The position numbers were made by a program, and so were the translations under genes. Positions 8,181 through 9,258 of a stretch of 9,258 nt of DNA are shown in pieces; within the stretch, counting starts at the first letter, position 1; every line of letters starts with the position of its first letter. The stretch lies in contig BCKQ01000011.1 in NCBI GenBank assembly GCA_001600695.1, positions 1,067-10,324 of the forward strand. The letters are read 5' to 3'. The DNA is from Ascoidea asiatica JCM 7603 (taxonomy: Eukaryota > Fungi > Ascomycota). A model generated the notes under the pieces. The model was not told the DNA's origin and did no database searches. It worked only from the letters and a program-made list of their open reading frames with translations.

Positions 8181-8223
8181 TATTTTCTTCTTCTTCATTG
8201 GCATTTCTCAGGCAAATTGAAAA

Positions 8224-8290
8224 CTTCGCGTTTTGTAAAAGTGGTTGCAACGTGTGGAAAACAAAACAAAATTCCTTCCGGTCACGTGTC
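8224..8290. promoter_or_regulatory. Proximal ASK1 promoter motif cluster
   Basis: GTCACGTG (Cbf1 consensus) 8281-8288, MCB-like ACGCGA on - strand (8226-8231), palindrome GTTGCAAC 8244-8251; 220-280 bp upstream of the ASK1 ATG. Confidence 0.55.
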
Positions 8291-8329
8291 TTCAAAAAGA
8301 AGGTGTAAAAAAGTATTATAAGAAAAGAG

Positions 8330-8374
8330 TATATAAGTATAGAATATATAAGTATAGAATATATAAGTATAGAA
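8330..8374 (+). repeat. (TATATAAGTATAGAA)3 tandem repeat
   Basis: Three perfect 15-mers. Confidence 0.95.
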
Positions 8375-8482
8375 TATTTCTTGAATATACTTTATAATAA
8401 GTTAAAATAAGTGAGGAATTATAAAATCAATAATGAATGACATTTTTATATGGAAAATAAGACTGTATATGTTCTAGACTTG

Positions 8483-8502
8483 CTCACTCACTCACTCACT
8501 CA
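8483..8502. repeat. (CTCA)5 microsatellite
   Basis: Read directly. Confidence 0.95.
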
Positions 8503-8690
8503 TTTCTTTTCAGGTCTTCATTCTTTCCATATTGCTTTATGGTATTTTAATACTCTTTTAAATTTTCTTTATATTGTTATTTGAAGATAAAGTTATCATT
8601 TCTTCACTCCTTTATTTATTTCTTCACTTATTTATTTCTTGTTTTCAGTTCAAAGCTTATTCAAAACTCGAGTTTTTATTAAAAAAAAGA

Positions 8691-8757
8691 AGGCCCGCGG
8701 AAATGGTTTTAACGCAGTCACATGACCGTTTTAAAGTTTAGAATTATCCTATAAAAG
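8691..8757. promoter_or_regulatory. Distal promoter-like cluster
   Basis: CCCGCGGAA (zinc-cluster-type CCGCGG) 8694-8702, GTCACATGAC 8717-8726 (identical to 1284-1293), TATAAAAG 8750-8757, adjacent poly(A) tract 8681-8688. Confidence 0.5.
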
Positions 8758-8915
8758 AAGGTTTACTGCAGTATTTTAGCATTGTGTAATAAATACATTA
8801 TAAATACTAAGGCATATATTATATATTATATATTATATATTATATTATATATAAAATGAAATAATTAAAATATATTAACAATAATAAAAGCTTTAAAAAA
8901 ATAGTTCATTAAATC

Positions 8916-8941
<26 letters not shown>

Positions 8942-8946
<5 letters not shown>

Positions 8947-9258
8947 TCTTACCAGAATCTTCTTTTAATGAAACAATCCTATTAAGAATTAATTTATCAT
9001 TTTTAGAATCTTTATCAACACAAAAATATCCAACTCTTAAAGCTTGAAATCTTATATTTTCTGGAGATCCTTTTAATTCATTAACATGAAATTCTTCACC
9101 TTTAACAGGAATATTATATGGACTTTCATTTTGAATTTTTAAAAATGATGGTTCAATAATTGAATTTTTATAAATTTCTTCTGAAATTTCATTAATATCT
9201 GATAAAAATCCATCAATATTACTTGAAGGATTATCTGATTTAAATAATTGTTTATAAA
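8942..9258 (-). CDS. GLN4: Glutaminyl-tRNA synthetase, C-terminal 104 aa (5' partial)
   Basis: Hand translation from 9256: YKQLFKSDNPSSNIDGFLSDINEISEEIYKNSIIE...[39 protein letters not shown]; RFQxxRxGYFxxD and LNRIVSLK are typical of the eukaryotic GlnRS C-terminus. Confidence 0.95.

Noticed and set aside
8465-8513. Possible 49-nt intron (GTATAT...pyrimidine tract CAG)
   Set aside because: No CTAAC/TTAAC branch site, non-consensus donor, no convincing spliced product.
8511-8599. Possible box C/D snoRNA on - strand (ATGATAA ... CTGA)
   Set aside because: Imperfect C box, no terminal stem, no rRNA-complementary guide that I can recognise.
8011-8642. Loose inverted similarity between 8011-8045 and 8608-8642
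   Set aside because: Made of low-complexity GAAATAAAT words with indels; not convincing as transposon ends or a fold-back.
8281-8900. Point centromere, since CDEI-like RTCACRTG occurs at 8281 and 8717 (and 1284) next to AT-rich DNA
   Set aside because: No CDEIII-like TTTCCGAA element at a suitable distance and orientation; sites are better explained as promoter Cbf1 sites.
165-9258. No in-frame CTG codon found by eye in the six CDSs (CUG reassignment?)
   Set aside because: G/C-ending codons are rare throughout, so the absence is uninformative at this sample size.

Overview
Very AT-rich eukaryotic DNA from a budding-yeast-like fungus (Saccharomycotina; the Asn-rich proteins suggest a lineage such as Ascoidea, which is only an inference). 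Six housekeeping genes are recognisable: intron-containing SmG/SMX2 (+, 165..492), GNA1 (-, 518..976), a Pal1-family endocytosis/morphology protein (+, 1918..3636), NAD(P)HX epimerase NNR1/NAXE (+, 4274..5566), a divergent Asn-expanded DASH subunit Ask1 (-, 6018..8006) and the 3' end of GLN4 (-, 8942..>9258, missed by the ORF track). There is no mobile element, CRISPR array, rRNA or tRNA. The most unusual feature is a 141-aa in-frame N-terminal extension on the epimerase. It carries a transmembrane/signal-anchor segment, has no ATG before the canonical start and is preceded by a uORF, which suggests soluble and membrane-targeted isoforms of a NAD(P)H-repair enzyme. Also notable: a ~57% GC motif-dense promoter island between GNA1 and PAL1, a repeat-built chain of stop-start uORFs plus a second distal promoter-like cluster upstream of ASK1, a non-consensus branch point with tandem donors in the SmG intron, and a 25-bp gap between convergent SMX2 and GNA1. 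All homology calls are from motif recognition, not database searches.
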